Shown: positions 60,050-64,000 of the stretch, piece after piece
Layout: each line of letters opens with the position of its first letter
How positions within the stretch are numbered: position 1 is the stretch's first letter
NCBI GenBank assembly: GCA_039803925.1
Contig: JBDRZL010000001.1
Location: forward strand, 172,800-236,799
Length of the DNA stretch: 64,000 nucleotides
Reading direction: 5' to 3'
Source: a candidate division WOR-3 bacterium
GTDB taxonomy: Bacteria > Hydrothermota > Hydrothermia > Hydrothermales > JAJRUZ01
Notes under the pieces: generated by a model
Seen by the model: only the letters and a program-made list of their open reading frames with translations
Told to the model about the DNA's origin: nothing
Databases searched by the model: none
Made by a program: the position numbers and the translations under genes

Positions 60050-60897
60050 ATTCCTCCTTTTTTATTTTTTTCAAATTTAAAAGTCAATATATAATCATTG
60101 GGACCAAACTTTTTTCCACCTTCAACAAAAAATGGATTATCCGAATAATGGGGATTATGACACAAAGAACAGGTTATTCCCTTATCCTTTTTGACGTGAA
60201 ATTCATGTAAATTTAATCCATTTTTTTTAAAATTAGTTTTTTCTGAAAAAATAGATTCTGGATCATGACAGTTAAAACAGAGTTCATATTGAAGGTATGT
60301 AAAGGTAGTGTAAAGTTTATTTGGATACATTGAATTAAGAAGAAGAGGAAATTGAGAAGAGTGGGGATTATGACAGTTTATACAATTTTCTAAAGGAGGA
60401 TGTTTATATTTTTTTATCTTATAAAAATTTTCCATTTCTGTATGGCATTTAAAACAGAGAGTATTTACCTGATTTAATAAATAAGATTTAGAATTATTAC
60501 CGTGAACATCATGACAATCCTTACAATTACCCTCAATAAAGGGATTATGGATACTTATCAAATTTTTTAAAATTTCTTTATGACAGTTTGAGCAAAGATA
60601 AGGAAGTTTTTCCTTAAGAAGATGATTGATAGGGGAAGAGTGAGGATTATGGCAGATAGAACAGTCCTCATTCACAGGTGGATGTTTCGATGAAGATTTA
60701 TCAGAATGGCAGGATAAACATAGTTCAGTAACATTTTCAATCTTTTTAAATGGGTGTTTTCCGACAAGTTCATGACACGAAGAACAATCTTCTTTTGCAG
60801 GTGGATGGAGAACTTTTTCCTCAATTAATAAATCATGACAACCCTTTTTAATACAATTTTCCTGCTGAAAAATTAAAAATAATAAAATAATTTTCAT
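60013..60897 (-). CDS. multiheme c-type cytochrome (9 CxxCH plus CX3CH and CX4CH candidates)
   Basis: The canonical motifs are CSSCH, CLSCH, CSICH, CSNCH, CKDCH, CFKCH, CINCH, CFNCH and CSLCH. There is also an N-terminal CIKKGCH (CX4CH) and a C-terminal CGPACH (CX3CH). Confidence 0.85.
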   Translation of the reverse strand: MKIILLFLIFQQENCIKKGCHDLLIEEKVLHPPAKEDCSSCHELVGKHPFKKIENVTELCLSCHSDKSSSKHPPVNEDCSICHNPHSSPINHLLKEKLPYLCSNCHKEILKNLISIHNPFIEGNCKDCHDVHGNNSKSYLLNQVNTLCFKCHTEMENFYKIKKYKHPPLENCINCHNPHSSQFPLLLNSMYPNKLYTTFTYLQYELCFNCHDPESIFSEKTNFKKNGLNLHEFHVKKDKGITCSLCHNPHYSDNPFFVEGGKKFGPNDYILTFKFEKNKKGGICGPACHGKAEY

Positions 60898-62471
60898 TTT
60901 AATTTTATATTTCTTTTAACTAAAAAGTGGAAAATTATATTACTTTCACTTTCAGGATATATTAAATAAATATAAGTAAAACCTAAACTTAAAATCAAAT
61001 CCCCATAATTTCTTTCAAAAGCTATTTTTAAATCATTTTCAAATTTCTCACTGAAATAAAATTTTTCCTCCAGAGTGAACATATTGAATAATCTTAAAGG
61101 AGCACTGAAAGAAATTCTTATAAATTCCTTTCTTGTTAAGGAATACTCTGTTTTAATGTATTCATTTACATAACTGAAATTAAAGGGAATTTCTTTTGTG
61201 TTAAATTCTACTCTTGTATGATACTTTATCCAAGTGTTTATATTATTATTTATTCTGGTGATATCTCTGAAATAATAAAAATTTAAGGATAAAAGGTATC
61301 TTTTTGAATTATAACTTAAATTGATTCCTGAATAATAACCGTATTTTTTTTCATTTTTTAAAATCCATGTGTCATTAAAGGTTTTATAATATAAATCAAC
61401 AAAAAATCTCAAATTTTCAAAAATTAAAAAATTTTTTTGTTCATATAAATTACCTTCTTTTAATAGATAGCCCCATCCATTTCCTTCAGGGTTCTGTGAA
61501 AAAAATACTGAAAATCCTGGTGAAATTGTAAGTGTTCTTGGTAAATTTAAAAATTTTAAATAGAAAGTCTGAGAAAAATCCTCATAAAAATTTTTTCCTT
61601 CTTTCAGGGAATTTGTTTGAAAACCTAATGTGGTATTAGAAATAAATCTTTCTGAAAAGAATTTTTTAAATGAGGTATTTAAAAAGTTAGTGGTTGTAAA
61701 TTTTGATCTATTGAAAGAATAGTACATATCAAAAAAGTAATTTCTATTTTTAAAAATATGATATACAAAACTTGAGTTTATGTATGTAAATGAGTTCCTG
61801 AAAAAGTATTTCGTATCCCACTTAAAATTAATATCACCTTTTTTATAGTTATAATTAAAATTAAAATTTTCTATATTCTGGTATAGGCTTTTAAATTCTC
61901 TATTGTAATATAAAGAAAAAGTATTTTCTTTAAAGGAATAATTTGAGGTGAATGCTAAACTTTTTTTATTAAAACTATTTTCTTTTCCCCAGGAATATGA
62001 GAAATTTAAATTAGGAAAATTTCTAATTAATAGTCCCTGCGAGATTATATAAGTTAAAGTTTTTCTTTCAAAAATTATTTTGTCCTCTTTTTTAAAATCT
62101 TCTTTTTTTACAGTAAATTTAAAAGGAAACTTAGATTTTTCTAATAAATTAAGATTAAATAAAAAAGGAGCTTTTAAAAAATTTTTTTCTTCTATACCAT
62201 AAAGATTTTTATTCCAGCTCTGCCATAAAAGGTATGTTTTAAGATTGTAATTTAATAATTCTCTCTTATAAATAAAACCATTAATAAATAAATTTATTGA
62301 ATTTTCATAATCTTTATAAAATGGTTTTGTAAGAGTGTTTTTAAAATTCCCATTTACATAATACCTTTCTGAAAGAAAATATAGATTAAATTTTGTAATT
62401 CCTGCATTCAAAAATGATATTAAAAATAAAGAGGGGAGGATTTTTATCCCCCCCTCTTTAAAGACTATCAC
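60894..62471 (-). CDS. porin-like outer-membrane beta-barrel candidate of a porin-cytochrome complex
   Basis: It is 525 aa with a signal-peptide-like N-terminus (KILPSLFLISFLNAG). It is extremely N/Y/F/K/S-rich with an alternating beta-strand pattern. It sits between the tetraheme and deca-heme cytochrome genes. Its 5' coding end overlaps the terminator hairpin at 62428-62460. Confidence 0.5.
   Translation of the reverse strand: MIVFKEGGIKILPSLFLISFLNAGITKFNLYFLSERYYVNGNFKNTLTKPFYKDYENSINLFINGFIYKRELLNYNLKTYLLWQSWNKNLYGIEEKNFLKAPFLFNLNLLEKSKFPFKFTVKKEDFKKEDKIIFERKTLTYIISQGLLIRNFPNLNFSYSWGKENSFNKKSLAFTSNYSFKENTFSLYYNREFKSLYQNIENFNFNYNYKKGDINFKWDTKYFFRNSFTYINSSFVYHIFKNRNYFFDMYYSFNRSKFTTTNFLNTSFKKFFSERFISNTTLGFQTNSLKEGKNFYEDFSQTFYLKFLNLPRTLTISPGFSVFFSQNPEGNGWGYLLKEGNLYEQKNFLIFENLRFFVDLYYKTFNDTWILKNEKKYGYYSGINLSYNSKRYLLSLNFYYFRDITRINNNINTWIKYHTRVEFNTKEIPFNFSYVNEYIKTEYSLTRKEFIRISFSAPLRLFNMFTLEEKFYFSEKFENDLKIAFERNYGDLILSLGFTYIYLIYPESESNIIFHFLVKRNIKLK
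62428..62460 (-). terminator. intrinsic terminator/attenuator downstream of the tetraheme cytochrome gene
   Basis: The minus strand reads AAGAGGGGGGGGAT-AAAAA-TCCTCCCCTCTTTATTTTTAAT. It is a 9 to 10-bp GC stem followed by a T-rich tract. It lies 34 nt after the cytochrome stop, inside codons 4-15 of the annotated porin-like ORF. Confidence 0.6.
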
Positions 62472-62493
62472 TTTATTCTATTAAACTATATTA

Positions 62494-63126
62494 TTACTTT
62501 CTGTGACAATCAAGACAAATCTGGCTATTGGTTGTATCACCTCTCAGGAATCTATATGCAGGTAAGAAAACATTTGTATTGTGTGGGTCATGACATGTGG
62601 CACAGGTCATAACTGAATCAGCACCTGCCTGCTGGGCTGAAAAATTATAAAGAGGATAAGGCCAACCACTTGGAGGGTTAAACTCTGTACTCGGAAGAAT
62701 TCCTGGTGCAACATCCATATCTACGGGGTGAGAGTAAATAAGAGAATCATTAGTTCCGCTTGTTACATCAGGTGGATTCTGAACAGCAGTTCCCACAGGT
62801 CTGGGACCATATGAATAGAGTGTTCCCATATCAGCTGCAGTCTGAGTTCCATCATGACAGGATAAACAGGCGTAGGTTATCCAGGATGCTCTTGTCATGG
62901 GGTCAGTATATGTTCCGTTATAAAGGGCAGTTATTGTTGGAACATATGCTCTGTTCCAGAGATAATAAAAGTTCTGATTGGGATTAGCATTGTGAGGGGT
63001 ATGACAGTAAATGCATACCTGTCCTACATTGGGTCTATTGAAGTCATGTCTACTTCCCACTACTGTTGCATGGAGCCAAATAAAAAAGGCTCCAAGACTT
63101 ATTATTGCTATTATATATTTTTGCAT
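62494..63126 (-). CDS. tetraheme c-type cytochrome, secreted (210 aa)
   Basis: It has a signal peptide. The heme motifs are CIYCH, CLSCH, CATCH and CLDCH. AAGGAGGG sits 2 nt from the ATG. GC and C-ending codon usage are markedly higher than in flanking genes. Confidence 0.85.
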   Translation of the reverse strand: MQKYIIAIISLGAFFIWLHATVVGSRHDFNRPNVGQVCIYCHTPHNANPNQNFYYLWNRAYVPTITALYNGTYTDPMTRASWITYACLSCHDGTQTAADMGTLYSYGPRPVGTAVQNPPDVTSGTNDSLIYSHPVDMDVAPGILPSTEFNPPSGWPYPLYNFSAQQAGADSVMTCATCHDPHNTNVFLPAYRFLRGDTTNSQICLDCHRK

Positions 63127-63147
63127 ATGTCCCTCCTTTTTTATTAA

Positions 63148-63160
63148 GGATTCGAACCTA
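63148..63160 (-). promoter_or_regulatory. 5' leader mini-hairpin (minus strand AGGTTCGAATCCT) 8 nt upstream of SD AAGGAGGG of the tetraheme cytochrome gene
   Basis: This is the same motif and spacing as at 5172-5186 and 24728-24740. Confidence 0.45.
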
Positions 63161-63194
63161 AAATTATAATTAATAATTTTTAGGTCTATTAATT

Positions 63195-63223
63195 ATATTA
63201 AACAATCTTTTAAAAAATTTCAA
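63195..63223 (-). promoter_or_regulatory. sigma70-type promoter candidate (TTGAAA-N17-TAATAT) for the tetraheme cytochrome gene
   Basis: On the minus strand, TTGAAA is at 63223-63218, the spacer is 17 nt, and TAATAT is at 63200-63195. Confidence 0.4.
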
Positions 63224-63270
63224 TAATTCAACATCTTGAAAAAAGTATCAAAAAATAGTATAATTCTATA

Positions 63271-63516
63271 ATGAATTTAAATCTTAAAATATTTTTGATT
63301 TCTCTTTTTATATTTTTATTGAATATACCTTTTGGTATCTGGAGAAGTAAAACTAAAAAATTTTCTCTAAGCTGGTTTCTTTCTATACACCTTACAATTC
63401 CAATTATTTTTTTAATGAGGATGAAATCTGGAATCGGGTTTATACCTTTGAGTATTCCTATTTTCATTTTTGCTTTCTTCTTTGGTCAATTTGTGGGGTC
63501 AAAAATTTTAAGATGA
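63271..63516 (+). CDS. small hydrophobic membrane protein, hypothetical
   Basis: It is 81 aa with two predicted TM helices. Its stop overlaps the ATG of the downstream DCC-family gene (ATGA), which suggests coupling. The competing minus-strand ORF 63228-63467 has no SD. Confidence 0.4.
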   Translation: MNLNLKIFLISLFIFLLNIPFGIWRSKTKKFSLSWFLSIHLTIPIIFLMRMKSGIGFIPLSIPIFIFAFFFGQFVGSKILR

Positions 63517-63851
63517 CTCTTATATATGATGGAACTTGTAATTTCTGTAAAAAAACAGTTTCTGTGATTAAAAAATTCGGTTTTAGAAAAAGAATCAATT
63601 TTATAAGTTCAAAAGATAAGAAAGAACTTAAAAAAATTCATTTTACTCAAGATTCTATCTTAAAAGATTTTGTAGTTATAACTGATGGGAAAAGAATTTT
63701 AAAAGGCTTTTATGTTTTCAGATCTCTAATCGATATTATTCCTTTTTTTATCTTTTTTCAATTTCTTTTTCATTTACCTTTATTAAATTTAATTGGCGAA
63801 AAAATTTATTTAATTATATCAAAGAACAGAAAATGTATAATTAAGTCTTAA
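63513..63851 (+). CDS. thiol-disulfide oxidoreductase, DCC family (DUF393)
   Basis: The N-terminal IYDGTCNFCKK matches the YDGxCxxC signature of DCC proteins. It is 112 aa. Confidence 0.6.
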   Translation: MTLIYDGTCNFCKKTVSVIKKFGFRKRINFISSKDKKELKKIHFTQDSILKDFVVITDGKRILKGFYVFRSLIDIIPFFIFFQFLFHLPLLNLIGEKIYLIISKNRKCIIKS

Positions 63852-63999
63852 AAAATACTTTTATTATTGTTGCTATTACCGCATAAATAAACCACATTGA
63901 AAAAGAAACTAAAATCCCTTTTTTCCTTTCAATCTCGCCTATATGATGAAGGGCAAGTCCATATAGGAAAACTGACCATAGAGTAAAAAAACCAGCCTG
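63816..63999 (-). CDS. C-terminal fragment of a hydrophobic (membrane) protein whose start lies beyond the window end
   Basis: The frame is open from the window end to TGA (plus 63816-63818). It encodes ...QAGFFTLWSVFLYGLALHHIGEIERKKGILVSFSMWFIYAVIATIIKVFF.... It overlaps the convergent DCC-family gene by about 36 nt. Confidence 0.25.
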
Positions 64000-64000
64000 T

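Noticed and set aside
63228-63467. A minus-strand 79-aa ORF competes with the plus-strand 81-aa ORF.
   Set aside because: The plus-strand ORF encodes two clean TM helices and is translationally coupled (ATGA) to the downstream DCC-family gene. The minus ORF has no SD and a low-complexity sequence.

Overview
This is an AT-rich (roughly 30% GC) bacterial chromosomal segment, apparently from a diderm anaerobe or thermophile. It has outer-membrane beta-barrel and OmpA-type genes, type IV pilin-like genes, a CcmF heme lyase and many multiheme c-type cytochromes. Most of the window is densely packed core genome. In order it carries: a phoB(3' end)-phoR-pstC-pstA-pstB-phoU phosphate locus with a PhoP-type Pho box; an Lpp-like lipoprotein and envelope proteins; a minus-strand three-gene operon encoding two degenerate class III nucleotidyl-cyclase-domain proteins (one fused to a STAND/AAA ATPase and TPR repeats) around a HEAT-repeat protein; ccmF, trxB, tsaD; recF-DUF721-gyrB; a locus with two type IV pilin paralogs flanking an ABC-2 exporter; pyrR, aspS, ribD; a family-5 substrate-binding protein fused to a TonB C-terminal domain; M23 and M42 peptidases, ppdK, an FHA-GGDEF protein, rtcB, thiD, PBP1A, htrA, transaldolase and an ALDH; and at the 3' end a porin-cytochrome-like cluster (tetraheme cytochrome, terminator, porin-like beta-barrel, ~10-heme, 8-heme and 7-heme cytochromes, NHL beta-propeller). 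I found no rRNA, tRNA, CRISPR array or mobile element. The main hunt result is a recurring T-loop-like mini-hairpin (consensus GGKTYCRAATCCC) placed 8-10 nt upstream of the Shine-Dalgarno of the Lpp-like gene, the sigma54-driven major pilin and the tetraheme cytochrome, with degenerate copies upstream of ppdK and an isochorismatase-family gene; the pilin and tetraheme cytochrome genes also show GC-enriched codon usage unlike their neighbours. All calls come from reading the sequence and motifs by eye; I ran no database searches.
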